In this document: positions 25,500 through 35,002 of the stretch, piece after piece
Layout: every line of letters starts with the position of its first letter
How positions within the stretch are numbered: the first letter of the stretch is position 1
Source of the DNA: Myxococcota bacterium
GTDB lineage: Bacteria; Myxococcota_A; UBA9160; SZUA-336
Direction of reading: 5' to 3'
DNA length: 64,000 bases
Assembly (NCBI GenBank): GCA_965247115.1
Contig: CBDFGR010000003.1
Location: forward strand, 1,888,001-1,952,000
The notes under the pieces: generated by a model
Database searches by the model: none
The model's input: the letters and a program-made list of their open reading frames with translations, nothing else
What the model was told of the DNA's origin: nothing
Program-made: the position numbers and the translations under genes

Positions 25500-25626
25500 G
25501 CCTTGTGGGGACCCGGCGCGCGAGCGGTCCTCCCGCGGGTCATCGACCTGCGGGCCGCTGACGGCCACCCACCTTCGCTCAGGCCTACGGCCTTCGCTGC
25601 ACGCGCCGCTTTGCGGCGCTTACAGG
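25500..25626 (+). repeat. Structured dispersed intergenic repeat, copy 3 (extra hairpin inserted in first stem)
   Basis: CCTTGTGGGGACCCGG..CCACCCACCTTCGCTCAGGCCTACGGCCTTCGCTGCACGCGCCGCTTTGCGGCGCTTACA. Confidence 0.88.
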
Positions 25627-25688
25627 ATGCCTTCTCGTTGCGGGGATTCCGGGGATCTGCGCAGAATGATGGGGAGAAGGAGGTCACG

Positions 25689-26276
25689 ATGCAGCGCATT
25701 TCTGCTCTCGAGCGCGAAGAGCTTGCGGAGTTTGAGTCCTATTTTGAGCTCGTGGAAGGGACTATGGGGTTCGTGCCGAACAGCATGTTCACCATGGGCC
25801 GTCGACCGGAAATCCTGCGCGGCTTCGTGGAGCTGGCGGGCAGCGTGCTCGGTCCTGGCCAGATCGGTGGCGAGCTCAAGCAGCTCGTGGCGTTCGTCGC
25901 CAGCAACGCGGCGGGCTGCCGCTACTGCCAGGCGCACACCTCACACAACGCCGTCCGCCAGGGGGCTTCCGTGGAGAAGCTGCTCGCGGCCTTTGATTTC
26001 GCCACGAACGACCTGTTCAGTGAGGCCGAACGCGCCGCACTGCGTCTCGCGAACGACGCCGCGATCGTCCCGAACGCGGTTTCGGGCGCGCACTTCGAGG
26101 GCCTGCAGAAGCACTTTACGCCGGAGCAGATCGTCGAGCTCGTCGCCGTCGTGAGCCTGTTCGGCTTCCTCAACCGCTGGAACGACACCATCGCGACGAC
26201 CTTAGAGCAACCGGCTCTGTCCTTCGCGAGTGGCACCCTCTCTGAAAAGGGCTGGCGGCCAGACAAGCACGTCTAG
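25689..26276 (+). CDS. Carboxymuconolactone decarboxylase/AhpD-like peroxidase family protein
   Basis: GFVPNS, CRYCQAH (CxxCxxH), ERAAL, FGFLNRWND. SD AAGGAGG. Confidence 0.9.
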   Translation: MQRISALEREELAEFESYFELVEGTMGFVPNSMFTMGRRPEILRGFVELAGSVLGPGQIGGELKQLVAFVASNAAGCRYCQAHTSHNAVRQGASVEKLLAAFDFATNDLFSEAERAALRLANDAAIVPNAVSGAHFEGLQKHFTPEQIVELVAVVSLFGFLNRWNDTIATTLEQPALSFASGTLSEKGWRPDKHV

Positions 26277-26282
26277 AGCTGC

Positions 26283-26744
26283 CTAGCCTGCCTCGCGTTC
26301 GGCTTTGGCGTCGGGGTCGGGGCGCACCGGATGCCGGAACGGAATGTCGGGGTCGTCGAGGATCATCTGCTGCGCGCGCCGGTTCTCCACGTTGACGACC
26401 ACCGGCGCGCGCAGGTTCGCGCTCAGGTTCGAGCCCTCTACGGTGAGGATCACGAACACAATCACGTCCCGCGGGTCGCCGGTCTCCTTCTGCCAGCCTA
26501 GAAAGGCCAGCACAGGCTCGGGAATTTCCAGCCCGTAGGACAGCAGGATCTGCTCCGGCTCGACAACAAGGAAGGCGACCTCTGGCCGGTCGACGCACTG
26601 GAGCCACTTCAACGGGGTAACCGTATCGTGGTCCATCACGACGAACTCCGTGCACTCCGGGAACCCTGGCAGCCCTCTCGGAAAGTGGATGATCCTGGCC
26701 TCGTCCACTTCGACCTCGCCGAATCGAGGCGACTCGAATCTCAT
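26283..26744 (-). CDS. fliW: Flagellar assembly factor FliW (CsrA antagonist)
   Basis: RFGEVEV, FPRGLPGF, WLQ, SANLRAPVVVN. ATG overlaps the csrA TGA. Confidence 0.95.
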   Translation of the reverse strand: MRFESPRFGEVEVDEARIIHFPRGLPGFPECTEFVVMDHDTVTPLKWLQCVDRPEVAFLVVEPEQILLSYGLEIPEPVLAFLGWQKETGDPRDVIVFVILTVEGSNLSANLRAPVVVNVENRRAQQMILDDPDIPFRHPVRPDPDAKAEREAG

Positions 26745-26992
26745 CACTTCCCCTTCCGTCTGCGCCCGCTCGAGGTGCTCCACAGCTCGGCGGGATCACC
26801 CTCGGTGTGCTGGAGAGCGGCCTTTCGGTTCTCCCGCTGGACGAGCTCGTAGACCTCTTCGCGATGCACCGGGACCTCCCGCGGCGCGTCGATGGCGATC
26901 TTGACCTGGCCGCGCTGGATCTCGATTACGAGCACGGAGATCTCGTCGCCGATGCGGATCGACTCCCCGGGTCTCCGCGTGAGAACGAGCAC
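26744..26992 (-). CDS. csrA: Carbon storage regulator CsrA (long, FliW-type C-terminal extension)
   Basis: MLVLTRRPGESIRIGD..VKIAIDAPREVPVHREEVY..ENRKA. Confidence 0.97.
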   Translation of the reverse strand: MLVLTRRPGESIRIGDEISVLVIEIQRGQVKIAIDAPREVPVHREEVYELVQRENRKAALQHTEGDPAELWSTSSGRRRKGK

Positions 26993-26995
26993 GGC

Positions 26996-27962
26996 CTAGC
27001 GGAGGAAGTCGAGGAGGCTCGGTTGGAGGACGCGTGCGGTCACGGCGAGCGATGCCTGATAGATGTTCTCCTGCTGCGCCAGCTCGGTGGACGCGGCGAT
27101 GAGATCGATGTCTTCGAGACTCGAGCGCTCCGCTTCATGGATGATCTCCAGCGACTGGAGCTGGGAGTCGGTGATGTCGAGCCGATTCAGGTTGGCCCCG
27201 ATCCGTCCCCGAAGCTGCAGCACCTGGTTCAGCGCTAGGTCGAAGTCGTCGATGACCTCGGCGACGCCGGGCACCGCAAATGCCGGGTTCGTCGGATCCT
27301 CGAGCCGGTTCCGGAACTCGCGCACCAGGTCGAAGAGGTTGACGCGGCCCGGGTCGGTCCCGGCGGGGGCAGCGAAGTCGCCTTCGAAGATCGCTGCACC
27401 CGGCACGCTGACGTCGATGGTGGTGGCCTCGCCGATCTGAACCCGTACCACGCCTGAGTCCCCGGAGTACACGACGTTGGGATCGGGCGTCACCTCGTCC
27501 ACCACGCCGTCCACGAAATTCCCGACCTTCGTAAAGGGTGAGGAGTCCGTCGTGAAGCCGCCGAACAGGAAGCCGTGCGTTGTCCGCGTGTTCGCGAGCT
27601 GCAGCAGCTCGTCGTAGAGCTGCTCGACCTCTGGCTTGATCAGATCGAACTGCGGCTCCTCGATATCGGCGCTCACTGCGAGCTCGCGCAGCCGCGTGAG
27701 GACGTCGCTCACGGATGCGAGCACGGACTCCGTGGGCTCGAGGCGCGCGCGCGGACTCGATGTTGCGGCGGAACTGCTCCACACGCGCGCTCGCGCTCCG
27801 CAGGTCGAGTACCCGCGCTGCATCGCTGGGAGCATCTGCCACCGAGAGGATTCGTTTTCCCGAGCCGATCTCCGCCTGGATCTGCGCCAGAGAGAAGCGG
27901 TTCAGGCGCGCATTGCGGACCGCGCTGTGGAATAAGGTGGCGTCGCTGATTCGGAAGGGCAT
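26996..27962 (-). pseudogene. flgL: Flagellar hook-associated protein FlgL, frameshifted as sequenced
   Basis: N-terminus SGKRILSVADAPSDAA is in one frame; LANT..FLFGG..QPSLLDFLR is in another. Adding one GC to the (GC)5 run at 27743-27752 restores NIESARARLEPTES. Confidence 0.9.
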
Positions 27963-27971
27963 AAGGGCTCT

Positions 27972-29516
27972 CTAGACCATGTTGATCAGGAACTCGAGCA
28001 GAGTGTTTGTTTCCTGGATGATCCGGGCTGACGCCTGGTAGGCGCGCTCGAAGCGAATCAGGTTCGCGATCTCCTCGTCTAGCGAAACGCCAGAGACGGA
28101 GGCGCGGCGCTGCTCCAGCTCGGCGACCACGAGCTCTTCTTGGACGAGCGCCCGACGAGCGCCCTGGAGATCGCTCCCGAGCCTTCCGGAGATCGAAGTG
28201 AAGAAGCTGTCCAGCGTCTGGGCGCTCCCCCCCGGCACAATGCCGGGCGGGATCTCGAGCCCCGTCGCCGGATCCCGCGTGAGCTGAAAGAAGCCCGAGC
28301 TGTCCAGCTCGACGGCCGCCAGATCGAGCGCGTTCTGGTTGTCCCCCGCGGCCGCTCCCGCTCCCCCGACGCTCACCGCGCCCGCTGCGATGTGACGAGT
28401 GTCGGCCAGGATGTCCGCGTGGATCGCTATGGTGGCCGCGGCGCCACCGATCAGCACAAAGTCGGCACCTTCCGGTGTCGCAACCTGGGTCCTGTCGATG
28501 AAGAAGCGTCGGGACTGGTTGTCGACAAGGCCGAAGGCGTCGCCGGGAGGTGGCGCCGGCAGCGGGCCGAAGTGCTCGTCGTTGATGCGGCGGGCGAGGG
28601 TGAAAGTGAACTCGTCGAGCGAGTCGCGGTAGGACTGAATACGGTTGTCGCGGAGGTCGATGGCCCCACCCATCGTCCCTCCGAGAATCCGGGACGTGAT
28701 GGGCCCGCCGACCGATCCTGCGAGATCGTAGAATATGTCGAAGAAGACCGGGTTTCCGGGAGCTCCTGGCTGCACCTGGAGCTTCGCCGACACGTCGTCG
28801 TCGACCAGCACCGCGCCGCTTCCCACGAAGACCGAGACCTGACCATCTGTCTTCTCAAAGAGCGTGAAGTCGACGTGTTCGGCCAGCTTGGCAAGAAGTG
28901 CAGCACGCCGATCTCGAAGCGCGCTCGCTTCAGTTCCGTTCTGGCTGTTCTCGAGGCGGAAGATCTGGCCGTTCAGCTGTGCGAGATCCGCCGCAATGCC
29001 ATTCACCTCGGTGGCCGATTGCTGCAGCTGATTGTTGGCGTCGATCTGTCGTTGAGCGAGGCGCCTGTCGGCGTCCTGGATGAGACCGATCAGGTTCTGG
29101 CCGGCCTGCAGCACGGACTCGCGGGCAGTCGAGTCTGCGGGGTTGTTCGCCAGATCGCCAAGGCTTGCGAAGAGCTCGCTCAACGCGGCGCTGATGCCAG
29201 TGCCCCCCAGCTCCTCGAAGATTCCCTCGATGCTGGTGAGACCGCGCTCGATCTCCGTGTCGTAGGAGAGCTCCTGCCGTTCTCGTTGGAGCTGCAGGTC
29301 GATCGTCGCGTCCACCACGCGCTGGATCGATTCGATGCTGGCGCCGCCACCAACGGGAAGTCCTCCGGAGGTGGACGGGATCGGCGTGAAGATGGGGCGC
29401 AGGCGTGTGTAGCCAGGGGTGTTGACGTTCCCGATGTTGTTGCTGGTGACGGCCAGCGCTTTCGACTGAGCGAGCAGGCTCGACCGCGCGCTGTTGAAGG
29501 CGGAGAGGATAGACAC
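27972..29516 (-). CDS. flgK: Flagellar hook-associated protein FlgK
   Basis: NNIGNVNTPGYTR; SVSGVSLDEEIANLIRFERAYQASARII. Confidence 0.96.
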   Translation of the reverse strand: MSILSAFNSARSSLLAQSKALAVTSNNIGNVNTPGYTRLRPIFTPIPSTSGGLPVGGGASIESIQRVVDATIDLQLQRERQELSYDTEIERGLTSIEGIFEELGGTGISAALSELFASLGDLANNPADSTARESVLQAGQNLIGLIQDADRRLAQRQIDANNQLQQSATEVNGIAADLAQLNGQIFRLENSQNGTEASALRDRRAALLAKLAEHVDFTLFEKTDGQVSVFVGSGAVLVDDDVSAKLQVQPGAPGNPVFFDIFYDLAGSVGGPITSRILGGTMGGAIDLRDNRIQSYRDSLDEFTFTLARRINDEHFGPLPAPPPGDAFGLVDNQSRRFFIDRTQVATPEGADFVLIGGAAATIAIHADILADTRHIAAGAVSVGGAGAAAGDNQNALDLAAVELDSSGFFQLTRDPATGLEIPPGIVPGGSAQTLDSFFTSISGRLGSDLQGARRALVQEELVVAELEQRRASVSGVSLDEEIANLIRFERAYQASARIIQETNTLLEFLINMV

Positions 29517-29517
29517 C

Positions 29518-30021
29518 CTACACCTCCTTGCGGATGCTCATCGCCTCGGTGCGAGCACTCTGTTCGAAGCGACCGGCGGCGTTGTACGTGCCAGGATCCG
29601 GAGTGCGCATGGACTGGATGAGGGAGAGCAGACCCCGAATGCCCAGGATGGACTGCTCCAGAAAGCCCTTGCTCACCGCGACGAGCTCTCCCAGGCTCGC
29701 TACGACGGCGCGCAACTTGTCAGCGGCCTCGTCGAGTCCCACGGCGTCCTCGCCCAGCAGGGGCGAGATCCGCGCTACGCGCAGCTCGTCCGGCTGCAGC
29801 CCGAGGCGCTGACCGATCCGCTCGGTCAGGCTCTGGCGCACCTGCTCCAGAGCCTGAAAGCGCACCACGCGCTCCTCCTTGTGACGGTTGCTCTCTTCGA
29901 GCCCCTCGACGTCTTGCTTGATGATGCGCTCCTGGTCCTCCTGGAGCGCCAGCACGAGCTGTTTCACGAGCAGCGTCTCCTGCTCGAGCACGTCGATCAG
30001 CTCGATGACGCTGGCCCTCAC
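29518..30021 (-). CDS. flgN: Flagellar export chaperone FlgN
   Basis: Helical protein directly upstream of flgK with C-terminal TYNAAG. GTG overlaps the flgJ TGA. Confidence 0.8.
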   Translation of the reverse strand: MRASVIELIDVLEQETLLVKQLVLALQEDQERIIKQDVEGLEESNRHKEERVVRFQALEQVRQSLTERIGQRLGLQPDELRVARISPLLGEDAVGLDEAADKLRAVVASLGELVAVSKGFLEQSILGIRGLLSLIQSMRTPDPGTYNAAGRFEQSARTEAMSIRKEV

Positions 30022-30317
30022 TGCGACGTCTCCCACTGACGCAGCAGCTGCTTCGCGAGGCCGAAGCTCCCTGCCTCTGCGGCGCGCCGAGCGAGCGCAT
30101 CATCCAGAATGGCTTCATAGCTCTTCGCGGTGGAGCTCGTGAAGAGCCCGCCCGAGCTGATGCCCTTTCGCATCTCGGTGAGGAGCATCTTCAGCATGTA
30201 GGACTCGAACTCCTTTGCCGCGGCGGCGTCGCGCAGACGAGGATCGGGCTGTGAGGCGAGCCCCGGCCTCGCGGCCGCGAGATCGAGGGCGTTCAGGCTC
30301 TCAAGCAACTGGTCCAA
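30018..30317 (-). CDS. flgJ: Rod-binding protein FlgJ (short form, no muramidase)
   Basis: AAKEFESYMLKMLLTEMRK..GSFGLAKQLLRQ, downstream of flgI. Confidence 0.85.
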   Translation of the reverse strand: MDQLLESLNALDLAAARPGLASQPDPRLRDAAAAKEFESYMLKMLLTEMRKGISSGGLFTSSTAKSYEAILDDALARRAAEAGSFGLAKQLLRQWETSQ

Positions 30318-30336
30318 GGTATACGCTCCCGCAGAT

Positions 30337-30364
30337 TCATCGGCCCGGCCTGCCGGAATCTTGA
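30337..30364 (-). promoter_or_regulatory. Putative sigma-28 (FliA) promoter for flgJ-flgN-flgK-flgL
   Basis: TCAAG-N15-GCCGATGA in the flgI-flgJ gap (spacer about 1 nt longer than consensus). Confidence 0.55.
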
Positions 30365-30377
30365 CGTGGACTTCTGC

Positions 30378-31478
30378 TCAGATGATCCGCAGCTCAGCCA
30401 GCAGAACGCCTGCTGCCCTCATTGCCTGCAGAATTGCGATCAGGTCGCGTGGGCTGGCGCCAAGCGAGTTCAGCGTACGCACCAGCTCTCCGATGGCTGC
30501 TCCCTGAACGAGCATCAGGTTCGACCCCCGCTCCTGCACCACGATCTCGTCGTTCTCGAACTCGACCGTAGTCCCCGTCTCCGAGAAGGGAGTGGGCTGC
30601 GAGACGTTCGTGCGCGCCGAGATCTGGACGGAGAGGTTCCCGTGAGAGATCGCGACGGCTGAGATGCGAACGTCTGCGCCGATGACCACAGTCCCCGTTC
30701 GCTCGTTGAGCACGACCCGGGCGATGCGACCGGGCTCGACCTCAATTTCCTCGACCTGCGCGAGAAACGGTACGGCGTGCTTCTGGTAGCGCTCAGGGAC
30801 CTTGATCTGGACGGAGCCCGCGTCCGTAGCGTGTGCCGTCTCCTCGCCGAACCTCTCGTTGAGGGACACGGCAATGCGCGCCGCGGTCGTGAAGTCCTTC
30901 TCGTGTAGCAGCAGGCGAATCTCTTGACGATCATCGAACGGAACCACGAGCTCCCGCTCGACGATGGCGGCATGGGGGATGCGGCCGACGGTGGGGTGGT
31001 TCTGCTGGACTCGATCGCCCTGATTGCTAGAAACCGAGAAGCCCCCGATCGAGATGGCCCCCTGCGCGAGCGCGTACACCTCTCCGTCCACGCCGAGCAG
31101 GGTCGTTGCGAGCAGCGTTCCCCCCTGCAGATTCGACGAGTCCCCAATCGACGACACGGTCACGTCCACGGTCTCCCCGATACGCGCAAACGGCGGGAGA
31201 TCCGCGGTTACCATGACCGCGGCTACGTTCGTGACGCTGACCTCGTCGGGATCGACGACGATGCCGAGCTTTGCCAGGAAGCCGGCGAGGGTCTGGTTCG
31301 CGAACAAGCTGGCGCTGCTGTCGCCGGTTCCCTGCAGCCCGACGACGAGCCCGTATCCGATCAGCGGGTTCGAGCGGACTCCCTGCACCTCGGCCAGGTT
31401 CTTGATCTGGATGGCGTTTGCACTCCCGCAGAGGCCGAGAGCCAGGAGAAGCGCCAGGGCGGACAGCGGGAAGCGCAT
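30378..31478 (-). CDS. flgI: Flagellar P-ring protein FlgI
   Basis: GVRSNPLIGYGLVVGLQGTGD, NVAAVMVTA, DLIAILQAM. Confidence 0.97.
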   Translation of the reverse strand: MRFPLSALALLLALGLCGSANAIQIKNLAEVQGVRSNPLIGYGLVVGLQGTGDSSASLFANQTLAGFLAKLGIVVDPDEVSVTNVAAVMVTADLPPFARIGETVDVTVSSIGDSSNLQGGTLLATTLLGVDGEVYALAQGAISIGGFSVSSNQGDRVQQNHPTVGRIPHAAIVERELVVPFDDRQEIRLLLHEKDFTTAARIAVSLNERFGEETAHATDAGSVQIKVPERYQKHAVPFLAQVEEIEVEPGRIARVVLNERTGTVVIGADVRISAVAISHGNLSVQISARTNVSQPTPFSETGTTVEFENDEIVVQERGSNLMLVQGAAIGELVRTLNSLGASPRDLIAILQAMRAAGVLLAELRII

Positions 31479-32221
31479 CAGAACGGCAGGATCGCCTGGA
31501 AGAAACGCATCAGCCAGGGCACGCGCTGGTGCTCGCTGACCACGCCCTCACCGCCGTAGTGAATGTCGGCGCTTGCGATCAGGGTGGAGGGGATGGTGTT
31601 GTCGATCCGCACATCTTCTGCCCGGACGTAGCCGGACAGGCGGATGATCTGGGTCTCCCGATTGATCGTCAGGTGGCGCTCGCCCTCGATTCGGAGCAAG
31701 CCCGAATCCGTGACCTCCGTCACCATGCAGGCCACCAGCGTCTCGAAGGAGGCCTCGCGTTTGACGGTTCCCTCGCCCTCGTACTCGGAGCGCGTCTCCG
31801 CGTTGACGATCTCCAGCTCGGTGGTTGGATTCTTGTCGTTGCGTTGATCCGTGAACCCGAGGAAGTTCAGCAGGTTCAAGATCGGTCGCGCGACGATCGT
31901 CTGTAGCGAGATCCCGCTGTCGAGCGTCGCCTCGTAGGACGAGTCGCGCGCGAGCTCCGTGGAGGCTTTATCCTCCGCAACGGCTTGCTCGAGGATCTGG
32001 ACCGTGAGCAGATCGCCTACCTTTGTCGCCCGGTTCTCAAACGCAAGGAAGCGCCGGGACTCTTCGCCCCGCCATAGCGATCCCTCTGCCGGCTGCGACT
32101 CCGGCGGCGCGACCGTGGGCGGCAGCGACAGGGACTCCGCCTTCTCCGGCTCTGCATCCGGACGCGAATGCAGGCAGCTCACCGTGAGGGCTGCGAGTGC
32201 GATGATCGTCACCACCCTCAT
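31478..32221 (-). CDS. flgH: Flagellar L-ring lipoprotein FlgH
   Basis: Lipobox TVSC, VGDLLTVQI, LSGYVRAEDV..NTIPS, PWLMRFF..ILPF. Confidence 0.95.
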   Translation of the reverse strand: MRVVTIIALAALTVSCLHSRPDAEPEKAESLSLPPTVAPPESQPAEGSLWRGEESRRFLAFENRATKVGDLLTVQILEQAVAEDKASTELARDSSYEATLDSGISLQTIVARPILNLLNFLGFTDQRNDKNPTTELEIVNAETRSEYEGEGTVKREASFETLVACMVTEVTDSGLLRIEGERHLTINRETQIIRLSGYVRAEDVRIDNTIPSTLIASADIHYGGEGVVSEHQRVPWLMRFFQAILPF

Positions 32222-33177
32222 CTGCCACTCCCGACGCCTGGAGCGTTCAGGCGCGCCCTACCCGATCCTGTCACCTCCGCCTGAAAGCGGTAGCGGGTCT
32301 TGCGGTTCTCGAAGCGGATCGTCTCACCGAGCCCTCCGGCCTCGAGCGCTCGGGCCTCGAGCTGAACCGATAGACCGGTGCCCTCCGCCACGATGACGAC
32401 GGTGTCGCCTCGCTTGACCAGAGGCTCGGAGCGGAGATAGCCGGGAACGAGCGGCGTGCCCGCACCGAGCGCGCGGGCCAGCTGCAGCCCGGTCACATGC
32501 TCCGGGTCGCGCAGCACGTTTCTCGGCAGCCCACCCAGCTCGCGTTGCTCGAGTCGCAGGTGTTTCGCCTTCAGGACCGAGCCGCGATGCAGGTCCGTCG
32601 TAGTGACCACGACGGGAAGTCTCACGCTCATCTTGACCGATGCGCTGCGCCGGATGCGCGGCGCGTCGTGTGCTTCGGCGAGCTCGATCTCGGCGTGGAC
32701 CCGCCGGAGAAAGCTCTCCTCTGGGCGGAAGTGGACGATGACGCGCTGCGCCGGCAGCGCCGCCGCGAACGGTTCTGGAAGTCTCCACGCCGAGAAGCTC
32801 ACCGTGGCGTCCGACCACGGCATCCGGTGCCTGATGGCGCGCTCGAGATGGGAGCGGACCAGGTCTGGCGTGATCTCGCGGAACGCCGTGCGGACGTGAA
32901 CCTGGTCGGGGACCTCTACGTGAAGCTTGGGATAGAGGCGGTGAATGCGCTGGCGCAGGGTGCTGCCAGAGAAGACCCGCTCGCGTGCAGGCGCGGCCGC
33001 CCGCCCGAGCGACAGCGTCGCGAGGCGATCGTGGAGAGCACTATCGACGCCGCGCAGCTCCGCGATCTCTCCAAGTTTAATCTCGGTGCCCTCGACCGTT
33101 GCGTCACCAGGAATGACGACGACGGCTGCGGGCGTTGCCGCGCCGAGAAGGAACATCAGCGTCAGGAGGGCTCCCAC
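32218..33177 (-). CDS. flgA: Flagellar P-ring chaperone FlgA
   Basis: Signal peptide, IKLGEIA, LVKRGDTV..ARALEAGGLGETI. Confidence 0.9.
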   Translation of the reverse strand: MGALLTLMFLLGAATPAAVVVIPGDATVEGTEIKLGEIAELRGVDSALHDRLATLSLGRAAAPARERVFSGSTLRQRIHRLYPKLHVEVPDQVHVRTAFREITPDLVRSHLERAIRHRMPWSDATVSFSAWRLPEPFAAALPAQRVIVHFRPEESFLRRVHAEIELAEAHDAPRIRRSASVKMSVRLPVVVTTTDLHRGSVLKAKHLRLEQRELGGLPRNVLRDPEHVTGLQLARALGAGTPLVPGYLRSEPLVKRGDTVVIVAEGTGLSVQLEARALEAGGLGETIRFENRKTRYRFQAEVTGSGRARLNAPGVGSGR

Positions 33178-33179
33178 CG

Positions 33180-33953
33180 CTATCTCTGGGTCACGAAGCG
33201 GAGCATGTCGTCGGCGGCAGAGATCACGCGCGTGTTCGCCTCGAAAGCGCGCTGCGCGATGATCATGCTCACGAGCTCTTCGGCGATGCTCACGTTGGAC
33301 TCCTCGAGGCTGCCCTGCTTCAGCACGCCGAACGCCTCTTCGCCAGGAACCCCCGTGGTGGGAGCTCCGGATGACGCGGTCTCGCGCATCAGGTTTCCCC
33401 CGATGGACTCCAGCCCGCCTGGGTTCTGAAAGCTGCTGAGCTGGAACTGTCCGACCTCGACAGCGGTCGGATTCCCCGGCTGCAGCACGTTCACCCTCCC
33501 GTCTTCCGTGATGGTGATCTGCAGCGTGTCGGTTGGCAGCGTGATGGGGGGATCCAGCAGCAACCCTGCGGGTGTCGTCAGGTTCCCGTCCACGTCAAGA
33601 CGGAACGCTCCGTCGCGGGTGTATGCGGTGTCCCCGTTGAGCTGCCGGACCGCGAAGAGGCCGCCTCCCGCGATCGCGAGGTCTAGAGGCTGGCTCGTCT
33701 CGCGCAGCGGGCCGGGGGTGTGCACGTGGTCCGTCGAGACGATCCGTACGCCGCGTCCGAACTGAAGGCCCGTGGGTGCGCCGCCTTCGGCCGACGGAGA
33801 GCTGATGGTCTCGTAGAACAGGTCCTCGAACGAGGGCCGAATGCGCTTGAACCCCACCGTTCCAAGGTTGGCCAGGTTGTTGGCGACAATGTCGATCCTG
33901 GCCTGCTGCGCCTGGGTCCCCGTGACTGCAGTGAACATGGCCGCGTTGCTCAT
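33180..33953 (-). CDS. flgG: Flagellar distal rod protein FlgG
   Basis: ANNLANLGTVGFKR, FEDLFYE, PTGLQFGRG, YTRDG, LEESNVSIAEELV. Confidence 0.95.
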   Translation of the reverse strand: MSNAAMFTAVTGTQAQQARIDIVANNLANLGTVGFKRIRPSFEDLFYETISSPSAEGGAPTGLQFGRGVRIVSTDHVHTPGPLRETSQPLDLAIAGGGLFAVRQLNGDTAYTRDGAFRLDVDGNLTTPAGLLLDPPITLPTDTLQITITEDGRVNVLQPGNPTAVEVGQFQLSSFQNPGGLESIGGNLMRETASSGAPTTGVPGEEAFGVLKQGSLEESNVSIAEELVSMIIAQRAFEANTRVISAADDMLRFVTQR

Positions 33954-33971
33954 CGATGTGCGATCCTCTCT

Positions 33972-34673
33972 CTAGGTCAGCATCCGGTTGATTACGGCCT
34001 GCGTCAGCTCGTCGTCGATCACCACCGTACGCATGGCTGCTTCGAAGGCGCGTGAGGCCTGGATCAACCCCACCATCTCCGCCGCGAGATTGACGTTGGA
34101 GCTCTCCACGAAGCCGACCGCGACTCCGGGGCTGCTAACGTCTTCGGGCACGGCTCCCCCGACCGCCGCCAGCAAGCTCTCGCCCACTTTTTCGAGCTCG
34201 CTCGCATCGCCGAAGCGAACTTGCCTCAGGCGACCGATGGGTCCGGTTTCCGTCGTCAGGGTGCCATCCCGGGTGAGCTCCGCCCGGGCGCCCTCGGGGA
34301 CTACGAGCGAGCCGCCTTCGCCCTGAACGACGAGACCGTTGGGAAGGACGAGTTGACCGCCCGCATCGATACGGAAGTCGCCACGTCTCGTGTACAGCTC
34401 CGTTCCGTCAGCTCGGGTAACGGCGAAGAAACCGTCACCGTCGATCGCGGCGTGCAGTGGGTTGCTCGTGAGCTGTCGGCTGCCCGGGCTCAGGTCGATG
34501 CGCGAGCTGCTCGCCCGCACGAACGACAGCTGGTTGCCGTAGACGGACTCGAAGTTCGTCTGATGGCGCCGAAAGCCCGCGGTTCCGACGTTCGCCACGT
34601 TGTTGGCGATGACCTCGAGATCTTCGAGGCTTGCGATCGCGCCCGTGTACGCCGCGTAGATACCGTCCGACAT
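33972..34673 (-). CDS. flgF: Flagellar proximal rod protein FlgF
   Basis: ANNVANVGTAGFRR, YTRRGDF, VESSNVNLAAEMV. Upstream of flgG. Confidence 0.92.
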   Translation of the reverse strand: MSDGIYAAYTGAIASLEDLEVIANNVANVGTAGFRRHQTNFESVYGNQLSFVRASSSRIDLSPGSRQLTSNPLHAAIDGDGFFAVTRADGTELYTRRGDFRIDAGGQLVLPNGLVVQGEGGSLVVPEGARAELTRDGTLTTETGPIGRLRQVRFGDASELEKVGESLLAAVGGAVPEDVSSPGVAVGFVESSNVNLAAEMVGLIQASRAFEAAMRTVVIDDELTQAVINRMLT

Positions 34674-34687
34674 CGCCTGCCGCATGT

Positions 34688-34703
34688 TGCAAGCTCGATG
34701 CCG
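34688..34703 (-). promoter_or_regulatory. Putative sigma-54 promoter for the flgF operon
   Basis: CGGCATCGAGCTTGCA: GG-N10-GC with TTGC, matching the -24/-12 consensus. Confidence 0.7.
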
Positions 34704-34726
34704 GAAGACCTGTCACATGACGTGCT

Positions 34727-35002
34727 TCAGTGGAGGACGGGTGCCCGGTCTTCGGCGGGAAGGTCTTGCCCGGTGGGAAGGAAGCGACCGCGAACGACGA
34801 GGTCGACGCGGCGTTCCTCGCCATCCGACTGCTCTCGGGGTGGGCGCGGCGCGGGCGCCTGGTGCGACGCGTCTTCGCTGGGCTTCTCCTCGAGCTCAGG
34901 AAACGGACGCCCGCGACGATCCCGCTCGCGGCGATCACTGATCCTCGGGATGACATGGTCGATCCGCTCGATCGTCTCGAGCGGTGCCACGATCGCGATC
35001 AT
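34727..35002 (-). CDS. Hypothetical 91-aa charged, low-complexity protein
   Basis: ATG overlaps the HDOD TGA (ATGA). Sequence MIAIVAPLETIERIDHVIPRISDRRERDRR..RRVDLVV. Confidence 0.5.
   Translation of the reverse strand: MIAIVAPLETIERIDHVIPRISDRRERDRRGRPFPELEEKPSEDASHQAPAPRPPREQSDGEERRVDLVVRGRFLPTGQDLPAEDRAPVLH

Noticed and set aside
25477..25688. Recurrent peptide motifs ATHLRSGLRPSL / LWDPAA in small ORFs near 6.1-6.4, 25.5, 60.8 and 62.0-62.4 kb
   Set aside because: These are translations of the non-coding repeat; frames are not conserved between copies.
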